From Octopus sinensis (taxonomy: Eukaryota): DNA of 64,000 nt. A model generated the notes under the pieces. It saw only the letters and a program-made list of their open reading frames with translations, ran no database searches and was not told the DNA's origin. This document shows positions 35,805 to 48,782 of the stretch, in pieces. The DNA lies in contig NC_042999.1 of assembly GCF_006345805.1 (NCBI RefSeq), forward strand, positions 157,790,001 through 157,854,000. The letters are read 5' to 3'. A program made the translations under genes and the position numbers. The stretch's first letter is position 1; each line of letters starts with the position of its first letter.

Positions 35805-36353
35805 ATTATATATATATATATATATAATATATATATATATATACATATATATATAAACATAGTGCAGAGGAGTTATCGTAAATAGGTAAAGTCTTTTACA
35901 GCTGTTTCTAGAATAGTTGAACTTGTAGAGCATTCGTTATTGAGCAAGGATTTCCATGTAAGCTAAGTATTCCGTCATGGGGGTGAAATATGTAAAGAAT
36001 ATCCTTAGACAAGGATATCCCTTTTCTTAATATACAATATCTGTACATCACTTCAAACACTCTATACATACATACATACATACATACATACATACATACA
36101 TACATACATACATACATACATACATACATTATTATTATGGCTGCCCCCTCGTTATCGAGTATGGCCATTGCACGAAGCTTAACTGTTACATGGTGCTGTG
36201 ATCGAATGTGACTCTTTAGCCCAGCCAAAGATTTACACATATATAAAGATGTATGTATGTATGTATGTATGTATGTATGTATGTATGTATGTATGTAGTA
36301 TGTATGTATGTATGTATGTATGTATGTATGTATGTATATAAATATATGTATAT

Positions 36354-36385
<32 letters not shown>

Positions 36386-36392
36386 ATATATA

Positions 36393-36459
<67 letters not shown>

Positions 36460-38940
36460 GCTGACGGTGACATTGAGGTTTCAACAAACATACATACATA
36501 TATACATACATAGGAGTGTGTGTGTGTGTGTGTGTGTATTCACACACGAATATACAGACCAAAAGTGAATAACGGTATAATTCATACCACAGGCCATTCT
36601 GAGTTGTTTCTTTTAGCTTATTTATGTTACACACACACGCGCATGCGCGCCCGCATTATAAATAGTTAACGCTAGTATTGAACTTTCCCCTCAAACATCA
36701 TTTCACACCGTGTTCTGTGTTAATATAAAAAGATCTGTGTTGTATACAGAAAGAGAGAGACTAGAGGCATCAAAGGTAGAGCCGCGTACAAAGAAAGTGG
36801 ATGGAAGAAAGTTATTGAAAAAAAAAAGGTTATAATTTATCAAATAGAAACAGAGTTAAGACTTTTAATAAGGAGAACAAGACAAATATAAAAGAACTGG
36901 GTCGGGTTAAACATTGTGTGTGATCCTTTGCAGCAAAGGTGTTTGAAATGCCAGGGATAGTATTGATTAATATAACTTTTAAACTGCAAGGATTATATCA
37001 TTTCGGTGTATCATTTCCCCAGCAAAAGCCAAACGATAATTTGAGCTTAACTCACCAACGTTGAGAAAGCCGTCGCTATTTGTACAATGCTTTTATTGAT
37101 TAGAGGAGTGAACTTTACTGCAATATGATATCTATTACAAGTAATCCATATTACCAATGGTAGCCATTTGTAGCTTGGATGAAGACTATGTCATCAGGAA
37201 TTAAGTATTTTTATCGGAGAATCAGAGCAGCGTCTGTGACAGGATACCCAACTACACTAACGATTTGACTAGAGAAGCGAGTGTTGACGCTACAAAATTT
37301 GTTAGGAAATATGAAATAAATCTCGAGCGCTGATTCGATAGAAATGATAAAGCAATTGATTATGTGTCTAAGAGTATTTAGCTCCAACCGTGTATATGCT
37401 GAGTTTAAATCCCGCAGAGATTAGCCTATACATTTCTTCACATTAGGGTTGATAAAATAATATCAGGGTCAATTGAATAGATAAATTGCTACCAAAGACG
37501 AGAAAATCCAAATGGTGTGTGTTTTAGTTAAAGAAATAAGATACTGCATTATGCATAATAATGGAATTCAAAGTTTAGAAATCTGTGAATTTATGTAGTT
37601 ACATAATGTTTAGTATAACTTCAGAATATATCAAATGTTTCTGTCTCTTAATATCCTCACACCTTCATTATTGAGCAGACAGCGTTATGTGAGCTGCTGG
37701 CGATGTTATTGCTAAAAAAAACTGTCGCATTTAATTGGCCCCCAAGTTGGATCGGGTCAAACAGGCTGATAATCAAAGGTAGCCTACTCGTGATCAGCAA
37801 ATTCTTAGGTCGATATCATCTAGTGTGAATCTCTGTAAACATGGCAGAGAATCAATGGAAGAGATTTGGTTGCTAATTTTAGCAGGCGACGAAATAAAGG
37901 ATCTCTCATTGGCTGCTGACAAGGGTTTCATGAAAGAGAAATAAATGAAATATTGGCTTCAAATTTTGGCACAAAGCCAGCGACTTTGGGGAAGAGGTAA
38001 GTCGATTGCATCGACACCGATACTCAACTGATACTTATTTTATCGGATCCGAAAGGATGAAGAGCAAAGTCGACATCGGCGGAATTTGAACTCAGAATAT
38101 AAGGGCGGACGAAATGCCTCTAAGAATTTCGGCCGATGTGCTAAAGATTCTGCCAGCTCACCGGAGTTTTTGAAGTTCGTAATTGTATTTTTGATTTCTT
38201 CATTAATGTTTGAGTATAATGAGATATTAGTTGGCAACTAAGGAGAATTGTTGGGAATTGCCTTCTAAGTGGTTGAGGTAGCTAGATATGTAGACCAGAA
38301 AGTGTTTCGGATTGTGTTTTTAAAAACATTTCTTGAATTATTGCCAAATGAATGTTGTGTGATTAAAAATCTTTTAGTTTCTTGAAGGAACTTTTAGACT
38401 GCTAATGGAAGCTCTACGTTCTCGTTCCCCTTGCCAAAATTAAGCCCAAATCTTCTCCAGATTTTATCCAACTGACTTTGAGTGAATAATCCTGAATGAA
38501 TTAATCCTGACTATAAAGTTAGAAAAAATGACGGCGTGGTCGCAGCTTGCTTGCCAATCAAATATATTTTCTCTATTGGACTTCCTCAGATTAGAAAAGA
38601 AACGGCGTCTCTGTCTGCAAAGACCTCCCAAAAAGCAGATGTTATCCAAAATACTAAAAAAAAAAACACAATCAAACACACCATTTGGCATAACTTCATA
38701 TAAACACAAGAATTTCTGAAACAATAACAAAGACAAAAGCAGTTACAGAAGAGAAAAACAAAAGAGAAAAAAAAAACAAGCAAAAAACGAAAACAAAACC
38801 ACAAAATACCACGTCAGCGTCAATTCTCCTGACAAAATACACTAAATATCATGCTTCACACATAGCAGGGACATTAAAATGCAGTGTCGTAGTTGTTAGG
38901 TTCAGTCTCAGGTAGGTTTAATCATCTTATATCATTCTGT

Positions 38941-39250
38941 TGGAGGCGCAATGGCCCAGTGGTTAGGGCAGCGGACTCGCGGTCGGAGGATCGCGGTTTC
39001 GATTCCCAGACCGGGCGTTGTGTGTGTTTATTGAGCGAAAACACCTAAAGGCTCCACGAGGCTCCGGCAGGAGGTGGTGATCCCTGCTGTACTCTTTCAC
39101 CACTCTTTCTCTCACTCTTTCTTCTGTTGGCCTGCTCGCTTAGCCAGCGGGGTGGCGTCATTCGAAGGCTAAAACAATGCAAACGCATTGTGACCAGCGA
39201 TGTGTAGCAACATCTGATGGTCTGGTCGGTCACGTGATCACGGTGATATC
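38941..39250 (+). mobile_element. SINE family C, tail type 3
   Basis: Same head/core as 3858; tail ends GTCTGGTCGGTCACGTGATCACGGTGAT. Confidence 0.85.
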
Positions 39251-39959
39251 ATTCTGTTATGATTCTATTGATTATTCAAGTTACATTTTAAGGATCGATT
39301 CCAACGCTTGACAATATTTTATCACTTCTCTTCGCTGCTACGGAATAAGGCTTCGACGATTCGACACCACTCAGACATCTGTAGCAAGTGTCAGTGCCTT
39401 GACCAATCTAACCTGACCAATACGTTTTGCTCAGATGGTCTTCAGCTGTTTTATGCCAGACGTATGTTGTTCCTTGATTGAATCGATCTAAGGTGAAACG
39501 CATTCAAGCCATTGCACTCGGCATTTCATTCAATCATAGTGTAACGGAGACCACATTGTACAATGTGTGTGTGTGTGTGTGTTTTTTTTCCAACAGATTG
39601 TGAAGTAAGGATGAAATGAGATTTTAGTTGCTATTTCTAGAACTTAGATGTTCTATCGTGGACTGAAAAGATATCTTTTCTGTTTGGCTTCACTTTTTGA
39701 AATTTCCAAATTAAGTGAAAATGTTTAGAATTGGTATTATACACAAGGTTTAGGCTTTTCAGAGGTACATCCCCCCTAAAAATCCCCTGCGTATTATACT
39801 CAAGGGCAGACTATACTCGAGGATTTACGGTACCTGTCAACTGCTGTTGGAAGATGGCAGGGGTTCACTCCCCTGCCTACAATATATATTAGATGCAGAT
39901 CGCATCGAATAACCAGCTGAGGAGGCGTGACAATAAACATCACTTCTCAGTATAGTTAT

Positions 39960-40183
39960 TGCTTTTATCTCTTTACTCTTTACTCTTTTACTTGTTTCAG
40001 TCATTTGACTGCGGCCATGCTGGAGCACCACCTTTAGTCGAGCAAATCGACCCCGGGACTTATTCTTTGTAAGCCCAGTACTTATTCTATCGGTCTCTTT
40101 TGCCGAACCGCTAAGTGACGGGGACGTAAACACACCAGCATCGGTTGTCAAGCAATGCTAGGGGGACAAACACAGACACACAA

Positions 40184-40216
<33 letters not shown>

Positions 40217-40388
40217 CATATATACGACAGGCTTCTTTCAGTTTCCGTCTACCAAATCCACTCACAAGGCATTGGTCGGCCCGGGGCTATAGCAGAAAAC
40301 ACTTGCCCAAGATGCCACGCAGTGGGACTGAACCCGGAACCATGTGGTTGGTAAGCAAGCTACTTACCACACAGCCACTCTTGCGCCT
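39960..40388 (-). mobile_element. SINE family A, full length
   Basis: Family consensus. Confidence 0.92.
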
Positions 40389-40435
40389 GTCTCTTATAGA
40401 AATTTTGCTTATCTCACCCCTATTTAAAAAGATGT

Positions 40436-40760
40436 TCTTCTACGATAGCCTCGAGCAGAAGAAAGCCTTGTGAATGGATTTGGTAGACGGAAACTGAAAG
40501 AAGCCCGTCGTACATATATGTGTGTGTGTGTGTGTGTTTGCGCGCGCGCGCCTTTGTGTCTGTGTTTGTCGTCCACCATCGCTTGACAACCGGTGTTGGT
40601 GTGTTTACGGGGATAATCTAACGGTTCAGCCAGTAGACCGATTGAATAAACTACCAAAAAATAAATAAGTTTTGGGGTTGACTCATTCGACTAAAAGTTC
40701 TTCAAAGAGGTGCCCCAGCATGACTGCAGTCTAATGACTGAAACAGATAATAGAAAAAAG
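40436..40760 (+). mobile_element. SINE family A, older variant
   Basis: Diverged family consensus. Confidence 0.75.
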
Positions 40761-40798
40761 GGTAGAGAATTAAATTCATGGCATTCTGAAAATGTTCC

Positions 40799-41208
40799 GG
40801 ATTTTTTCGGTTTGAACGGCAGTTTTTAACATAATTTCTAGGTAACTAAAAAATTTTAAACTTCGTATACTGGTAGAATGTGTTTATAAAACATCTTTTT
40901 CTCTTGGCTTTATTGAGAAAATTCTATAGTTTGTAAGATATTTGTTGTTGTTTTTCTTCAATTTCTGCAATTTCAACCAATCACTGACGTCTATTGAGAT
41001 GAAAACATTCTGTGCCGTATGAATATGTCCCTCGTTTAAGAAACAGATTGGGTTTATTTACATTTCTGAAGAAAAAAAGATACCCTTCCCCCCACCTCTA
41101 ACCCTAAAACAGATTGAAATGCAATAGATCGATACTAGGGTCATAATTATGGGCGACAATTTCATATGACACCGCTAGAAAAGACTGCCGTTCAAACCGA
41201 AAAGATCC
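40799..41208. mobile_element. MITE with GGATCTTTTCGGTTTGAACGGCAGT TIRs and 8-bp TSD
   Basis: TSD AATGTTCC at 40791-40798 and 41209-41216. Confidence 0.9.
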
Positions 41209-41284
41209 AATGTTCCCATTCTTTAAGAGCGAGGATGGAAGTTTATGTTTCAGAGTCACAATTTTTTTCTCTCGATATTCCTTT

Positions 41285-41672
41285 CTATTGTAGGCACAAG
41301 GCCTGAAATTTTGGGGGAGAGGGCCAGTCGATTAAATCGACCCCAGTACGCAACTGGTACTAATTTATCGACCCCGAAAGGTTGAAAGTCAAAGTCGACC
41401 TCGGCGGAATTTGAACTCAGAATGTAATGACAGACGAAATACCTATTTCTTTATTACCCACAAGGGGCTAAACACAGAGCAGACAAACAAGGACAGACAT
41501 AGGTATTAAGTCGATTACATCGACCCCAGTGCGTAACTGGTACTTAATTTATCGACCCCGAAAGGATGAAAGTCAAAGTCGACCTCAGCGGAATTTGAAC
41601 TCAGAATGTAAAGACAGACGAAATACTGCTAAGCATTTCGACCAGCATGCTAACGGTTCAGCCAACTTGCCT
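41285..41672 (-). mobile_element. Two tandem SINE family B copies
   Basis: Central domain repeated at about 41325-41425 and 41505-41610. Confidence 0.85.
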
Positions 41673-42315
41673 CCATTACAGTTACTGACGCTGATGTTGA
41701 TGGTTTTGCTGTGTCGAAAATAAAAGCGTTTGTTTTGAATAATTTATTTCCGTCATCTGTCGACGCTCGACTATTACTGTGAGTTCAGCTGGTGTAAAAA
41801 CAGGAAGTTTACTACTAATAAATCGCTGGTTCACACCCCAACCCTCATTCTTTCAATCAGTTTCTTTAAATACTTTTCTCGAGTTCCTGTTTTCATCCCA
41901 TCAGGTCATTCACTCGTTTATTGAATCGGAAATACATTTTTTTTCTGCTTTCGTTTTTTGTTTGTTTCTTTCAGTCAGTAACTACAAAGCAGGTGAAGAA
42001 AATGAAGAAAAGGGGAATACGATATCAGAAACAACAGCAGTAACAGCAACCTCAAAACCAAGAACGACAACAATGGTAGCAACAACAATCAGTCGGCCCA
42101 TCCTTATATTGATCACTGCAAATTTGAAAAGCTTTTTGTTCGCTGCGAAATGTTGCTGGATCCTTTTGTAAATATATAAAGTGAGGTATGGAAAATAACT
42201 CAAGTGGGTCCAAAGTTTGAATTTAGCTCAGTGTTTTTCAACCTTTTCGTCGCTACCATGCCGCACGTCGATTTTCAAAAAACAGTGTGTACTAACATGA
42301 AAGGACAAGGTTAGT

Positions 42316-42319
<4 letters not shown>

Positions 42320-42396
<77 letters not shown>

Positions 42397-42450
42397 AACA
42401 CACAGACACAGACACAGACACACACAAACACACACACACATACACACACA

Positions 42451-42486
<36 letters not shown>

Positions 42487-42682
42487 CATACACACACAGA
42501 CACAAACACACACACACACACAAACACACACGCACACACATGTCTGTGTATGTGTGTATGCATATATGTATATATGTGTATGCTTGTGTATTGTGCGTGC
42601 GTGCATGCGCGTGTGTGTATGTGTGTATGTGTGTGTATGTGTGTGTGTGTGTGTTGTGTGTGTGTGTGTGTGTGTGTGTGTA
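42320..42682. repeat. (CA)n followed by (TG)n microsatellite
   Basis: Direct reading; potential foldback. Confidence 0.95.
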
Positions 42683-42767
42683 GCCAACGGATGCAAGTGG
42701 GCCGCCCCCGTCGCTTGACAGTTCCTCTATGACTGTCCTCCTGGGACGACATCGACCGGTTCCAAGC

Positions 42768-43150
42768 ACCTCATTGTTAAGCTTGACATGAAAAATGCTT
42801 TCAACTGTCTTTGCTGTTACCACTTGCTCCAGGCCTATTATGGCATTTTAAAAATGTGATCTACCTACCGTTGGCTTACTTGTCGTACGGCGTTCTGAGC
42901 ATGCTCCTCACCTCAGATAAGGTTATACCTATTTCTTTATTACCCACAAGGGGCTAAACACAGAGGGGACAAACAAGGACAGCCATAGGTATTAAGTCGA
43001 TTACATCGACCCCAGTGCGTTACTGGTACTTAATTTATCGATCCCGAAAGGATGAAAGGTAAAGTCGACCTCGGCGGAATTTGAACTCATCTTTGACTGG
43101 TGTTCAACAGGCTGATCCATTGGTACCTTGATGATGCGTCTACAGGTAGA
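42768..43150 (+). pseudogene. CRE-like (early-branching non-LTR) reverse transcriptase relic split by a SINE
   Basis: LIVKLDMKNAFNCL .. LAYLSYG..SDKVI [SINE B 42929-43089] SLTGVQQADPL / WYLDDA. Confidence 0.65.
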
Positions 43151-43566
43151 GTAATTTCTAGATTAAAAAAAAGAGTCAGTTTGCGTCTTAAGCATGCAAA
43201 ATTATATCAAAACTACAATTATTTCAAAATAATCTGGTGAAAATTCGAAAAACTTAAAGTGGTTGGAAGAAACCTTTCTCTGCATTTGAAGTCACAATTT
43301 CGGTACAACAGACATATCGCAAGAAAGAATCGCTTAAAACAACAGCTAAATCTCCCTTAATCACACACAATTTTTATATTTTTTTGCATAACCTGCTTGT
43401 AGAACACTAATTTTCAAAACTTTTCTAAAAATTCTAAAAAGTAGAAAAAAAAGTTTTGATGGGTTATATGGGGTGCTTAGACAAGAATTCCGCCACATTT
43501 TTTTTTTTATCAATTTCTGAAAAAAAATTGCAAAACTACGGCATTGTTATTATTATTATTATTATT

Positions 43567-44018
43567 GAGTGAAAGAGCAGTGCATGCCATCAAAGTGACA
43601 CTGGGGTAAAATATACGAAGCCCAGTATACCCATCATGACTACCCATCTGATAAGGGTACACCAGGCACATGCATCACAACCATATGTGCGTGACATGGT
43701 GATCTCATATCAAGATAAACAGCACATGATCTTGCAGGTGGGGCCCAGTTAGAATTTTCTTCTGGTCGAGTAACCCATCCAGCTCAAAAGGTCCCTGAAT
43801 AAGGGTTGTTTAAGGATGTTGAACGAAACACCCATGTTTCTAGAGGTGAATTATTCAAACCCCTAAAGAATCCTTCTCAACACATGGCTATGATGTTCCC
43901 CCACTACTTCTGCTTCTGATCAGAGATACACATATCGTCAGCCACTACGGAACATGTTCCACTGGTTAAGGTCAAACAACTGACAAGCAAATATGTGGTA
44001 TTGAGCAGAATATTTGTT
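43567..44018 (-). mobile_element. ~420-450-bp element ending in (AAT)n, copy 1
   Basis: Highly similar to 44809-45222; fragment also at about 18065-18155. Confidence 0.85.
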
Positions 44019-44029
44019 GAGAAAGAGAA

Positions 44030-44400
44030 TTATTATGATTATTGTTGTTGTTGTTGTTGTTGTTGTCGTTATTTATTGTCTTAGCACACCTTCTAACGCT
44101 GGAGATTTACGGTGCCTGTTGTTCATTACAAGTGAACTAAGGTAACACCCTTATTTTTCGAGCACCATCTGGAGAATGCGAGCGGTTCCAAGCAGTGCTA
44201 TTTTCTGCGAGTGCTCCACCCTTACTGCAGCCTCTATTTGTTCCATGTACTTCTCAAGATTTTTACTCACTGTTCCCTGGGTTCCGACAATTATTGGTAC
44301 TACTACCACCTTTTTCAGCGACCACAACTGCTTCACCTCCCAAGATAACCTGCCATATCTATCGACTTTTCTCAAATTCTGTGCAATATTTTCTATAAGT
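44030..44400 (-). pseudogene. R4/Dong-type non-LTR retrotransposon 3' end (region after the REL endonuclease) with (AAC)n/(AAT)n tail
   Basis: KVDRYGRLSWEVKQLWSLKKVVVVPIIVGTQG..KIALLGTARILQMVLEK* (stop 44151-44153), ~100-bp 3' UTR. Confidence 0.78.
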
Positions 44401-44750
44401 ATTTCCTTTTGTTCACTTTCTTTTTCATATGAATCGACCCCCGCTCCGTCTGCGTGTGTATAGATCATAGTGTACCTTTGCGCGTAGGTACGTGCGGGTA
44501 CATACATACATAAATATGCAATTGTGCGTGTGCGTTCGCGTGTACATTGATGGATTCGAGGGTTTTGTTTATGCACGAGTTGATTTCTAAATTTTACCTG
44601 AGTATATATACCTATAATGGTGATACATAAAAAAAAATATTCAGTTTAATTAAAAAGCATGGGTAAGCAACACATTGTAAGCCACTCTAAAATTTGCGAA
44701 AAACTTTATCTGCGCGTAGGGTGTGCATCGCCCCTTCAGTGCATTTTCCC

Positions 44751-44808
<58 letters not shown>

Positions 44809-45222
44809 GAGTGAGCGAGCAGAGCATGCCATCAAAGTGACACCGAGGTAAAATATACAAAGCCCAGTATACCCATCATGACTACCCGTCTGATAAGGAT
44901 ACACTAGGCACATGCATCACAACCATATGTGCGCGACATGGTGATCTCATATCAAGGTAAACAGCGTATGACCTTGCAGGTGGGGCCCAGTTAGAATTTT
45001 CTTCAGGTCGAGTAGCCCATCCCGCTCAAAAGGTCCCTGAATAAGGGTTGTTTAAGGATGTTGAAAGAACCACCCATGTTTCCAGAGGTGAATTATTCAA
45101 ACCCCAAAGAATCCCTCTCAACACATGGCTATGATGCTCCCCCACTACTTCTGCTCGTGATCAGAAATGCACATATCGTCAGCCACTAAGGGACATGCTC
45201 AACTGGTTAAGGTCAAACAACT
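44809..45222 (-). mobile_element. ~415-bp element inserted within (TAA)n, copy 2
   Basis: (TTA)n on both flanks (44752-44808, 45223-45281). Confidence 0.85.
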
Positions 45223-45224
45223 AA

Positions 45225-45282
<58 letters not shown>

Positions 45283-45429
45283 TAGGCTTATATTTTACTT
45301 TACGTTCCTTAAAGAAGCTTAAATCTTTACAATTTGTGAAGACTAAATATTGTTGAAAATTAACGTGAAAGACGTGATAATTTTACTGCTAAAGATTTTT
45401 TGACTTCACAAAGTGAAAGAGCGTACAGA

Positions 45430-45725
45430 AGGGCCGACCAAAGTCTTGTGAGTGGATTTGGTAGACGGAAACTGAACGAAACCCGTCGTATATATGTATG
45501 TGTGTGTATATGTTTGTGTGTCTGTGTTTGTCACCCCAGCATCGCTTGACAACCGACACTGGTGTGTTCACGTCCCCGTAACTTAGCAGTTCAGCAAAAG
45601 GAACCGATAGAATAAGTACTAGGCTTACAAAGAATAAGTCCTAGGGTAGATTTGCTCGACTAAAGGCGGTGCTCCAGCATAGCCACAGTCAAATGACTGA
45701 AACAAGTAAAAGAGTAAAAAGAGTA
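45430..45725 (+). mobile_element. SINE family A, 5'-truncated
   Basis: Family consensus. Confidence 0.88.
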
Positions 45726-46309
45726 AGGACATAATGGTATGACGTGTGGTTTCAATTGCTTGTATACAATATATTTATTTTTATGAAGTTCTTTCAAAGT
45801 TAGTTTCCTTTGAAATAGCTAAATTAAAATATTAGGATAGTGAATTTATTAGAGAGTGCTGTGAAAAGTAATACATTAATTTGTGACTGATTTAAATAGC
45901 GATTACTAGAAAGTTCTCATCTTAAGCAGAAGATGAAGATGCTTGTTTCTGGAAGAATGCTCAATCTTCCATGAAACATGCTGGAGTTTATTTTTCCTTA
46001 TTTCTTTTGCACGAGAAAAAAAGGGGGAAAATCGTCCCTTTTTCCAATTTTCAGATACACGCTGTTTGTGTATAAAATTTTTAATAAGTAATTAATCCCG
46101 CATCTGACTGAAATACAGCACCCCGTTTCAATTATAATCATTTCAGCTACGTATTAATTTGTGACTGATTTAAATATCGAACGTTGTGGAATTTTCTTCA
46201 TTGTCATATTCGTTGTCAGAGGAGGCCTCCAACAAGCCATGTAGCTTGTCGGAAACAAACTCCTTATTTTTCTGTGTGCAAAGAGAATAAAATTCACATT
46301 TATTCATAT

Positions 46310-46488
46310 AATTGTTTCAGTTATTTGACTGCGGCCATACTGGAGCACCGCCTTTTAGTCAAATAAATCGACTCCAGGACTTATTCTTTGTAAGCCTAGT
46401 ACCTATTCTATCGGCTAAGTTACGGGGACGTAAACACACCAACATCGGTTATCAAGCGATGGCGGAGGAATGAGATAGATACACAAAT

Positions 46489-46538
<50 letters not shown>

Positions 46539-46608
46539 CAGGCTTCTTTCGGTTTTCGTCTACCTAATCCATTTGGTCGGCCCGAAGCTATAGTAGAAGA
46601 CACTTGCG
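46310..46608 (-). mobile_element. SINE family A, deleted copy
   Basis: Family consensus. Confidence 0.8.
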
Positions 46609-46785
46609 CGTATTATTTAATATAGACAGAGAACCATCAGGTGAACATATTGGAATAGAAACTACGTATCTATATATTCTATTGAAACTTCCATCATATG
46701 AGCAGCTCCCTCTTATGATGCGCTCGAATATACTAGTGATAATTAACGGCTAAGCCCTAGCCATATTCGGTTGGCTAATATCCCT

Positions 46786-46827
<42 letters not shown>

Positions 46828-47029
46828 AATAACCGCTTTGTATCTTTGTTCGTTCCTGTTTATAAACCAATTGTATCTGTATCGTATGCCGATCAAGTGA
46901 CGTTCAATCATCCATTTATTTCACATAAAGTTCCAGGACCGGCTACTTGCTCAGTTGTATCCTACACTCCCAGAGAGATTTCCTTTGTATTTTTGCGATG
47001 CAAAAGTTACCCACAAAGTAATTATATGG

Positions 47030-47504
47030 CTTAGCCGTTAAGATGACACCCCCACCACCCTGCCCTGTCCCTAGCCATATTCGGTTGGCTAATATCCCTT
47101 ATATTACGGAGCAGTCACTGTCTATATCTCATCTAGAGAATTATTATTGCTGTCGAACGGATTTTCGAAATCAGTAAATGTATTTACTAGAAAATCCTTA
47201 TATGTATCTTGCAAAGTTGGTCGTTCATCGAGAAGCGATGCCTACCACACGTTGATAATAGGCAACACACCTTGAAACCTAGGTCCGTGTGTGGTATCGG
47301 CTTCTTGGTGAGTGATCTCCCTTTGCAAGATAAAGGACGCCGTGATGGCGTCAGGCCTATCTGGTGACGTTGATGTTCGCCTGGGGCTAAATGCAACAGT
47401 GACACCCCCACCACCCTGCCCTGTCCCTAGCCATATTCGGTTGGCTAATATCCCTTATATTACGGAGCAGTCCTGTCTATATCTCATCTAGAGAATTATT
47501 ATTG

Positions 47505-47505
<1 letters not shown>
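47030..47505 (+). mobile_element. Diverged 356-nt-unit hammerhead element, 1.3 units, ending in (TA)n; extra fragment at 46750-46795
   Basis: Period 356 (47045 vs 47401); colinear with minus 33517-33940; same TTATTATTGC end. Confidence 0.85.
47246..47291 (+). ncRNA. Type I hammerhead with compensatory U3-A8 core, GUC cleavage
   Basis: CACACG-TTGATAA-TAGG caacaca CCTT-GAAA, palindromic stem III ACCTAGGT, C17, CGTGTG; U10.1-U11.1 mismatch. Confidence 0.75.
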
Positions 47506-47545
<40 letters not shown>

Positions 47546-47848
47546 AATGAGAAGAAAGCTGCTTTAGAAAGGTAGTGAGTGAAGAAGACACTTTAGAGTT
47601 ATATATGGTGGGCGAATAAAAGTCGGTAGAAGTACATATATATTGTAAAAAGAGGATCACATGCGGTCGCATTGAGTAGGGAATACGATCGCATGTGGTC
47701 ATATTCTTAATGATATATTACAAGCCATAAATACATGCAGTAACAATAGAACATAAGTGGATCGACAACAAGTCTTCTGTTTGAGATATAAACATTATTT
47801 ATTTTACATATTTTACAATTGTGTCAACGTCAGGAGCTGGTAAACGTT

Positions 47849-48467
47849 AGCATGGTTTCGTGTCTGTGTGTTCGGTGGTACCTCAGCACGGTTTCGTGTC
47901 TGTGTGTTCGGTGGTGCCTCAGCACGGTTTCGTGTCTGTGTGTTCGGTGGTGCCTCAGCATGGTTTCGTGTCTGTGTGTTCGGTGGTGCCTCAGCACGGT
48001 TTCGTGTCTGTGTGTTCGTTGGTGCCTCAGCACGGTTTCGTGTCTGTGTGTTCGTTGGTGCCTCAGCACGGTTTCGTGTCTGTGTGTTCGTTGGTGCCTC
48101 AGCACGGTTTCGTGTCTGTGTGTTCGGTGGTGCCTCAGCACGGTTTCGTGTCTGTGTGTTCGGTGGTGCCTCAGCATGGTTTCGTGTCTGTGTGTTCGGT
48201 GGTGCCTCAGCACGGTTTCGTGTCTGTGTGTTCGTTGGTGCCTCAGCACGGTTTCGTGTCTGTGTGTTCGGTGCTGCCTCAGCACGGTTTCGTGTCTGTG
48301 TGTTCGGTGGTGCCTCAGCACGGTTTCGTGTCTGTGTGTTCGGTGGTGCCTCAGCACGGTTTCGTGTCTGTGTGTTCGGTGGTGCCTCAGCACGGTTTCG
48401 TGTCTGTGTGTTCGGTGGTGCCTCAGCACGGTTTCGTGTCTGTGTGTTCGGTGCTGCCTCAGCACGG
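47849..48467 (+). repeat. 36-bp minisatellite, 17 units
   Basis: AGCACGGTTTCGTGTCTGTGTGTTCGGTGGTGCCTC x17 with three variable positions; no spacers. Confidence 0.97.
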
Positions 48468-48739
48468 CCGGCTGCAGTTTAATAAATGCAACAAGTAAAA
48501 AAGGGAACAAATCTGGCATCCACCCGTTCAACTAAAAATTCTTCTAGGTGGTATCCCAGCATGGCCACAATCTAATGACTGAAGCAAATAAAAGGTGCAA
48601 AAAAAAAACGAAAAAACAGAACCCGAATATAAAACCATAGGGCTTTTGTCAACTTTCACACTTTTGTCCGAGGGGCTTTTATCCTAGGGGGCTTTTGTTC
48701 AAGGAGGCTTTTGTCCAGATCCCATATACCTATATATAT

Positions 48740-48782
<43 letters not shown>

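Noticed and set aside
39416-39450. Minus-strand minimal hammerhead CAG-CTGAAGA..AAAACGTA-TTG
   Set aside because: G12 lost and stem II broken; at most a decayed relic, not counted.
47849-48467. CRISPR array or 200+ aa repeat protein
   Set aside because: Contiguous 36-bp units with no spacers and no cas genes, in eukaryotic context; ORFs are open in several frames only because of unit composition.
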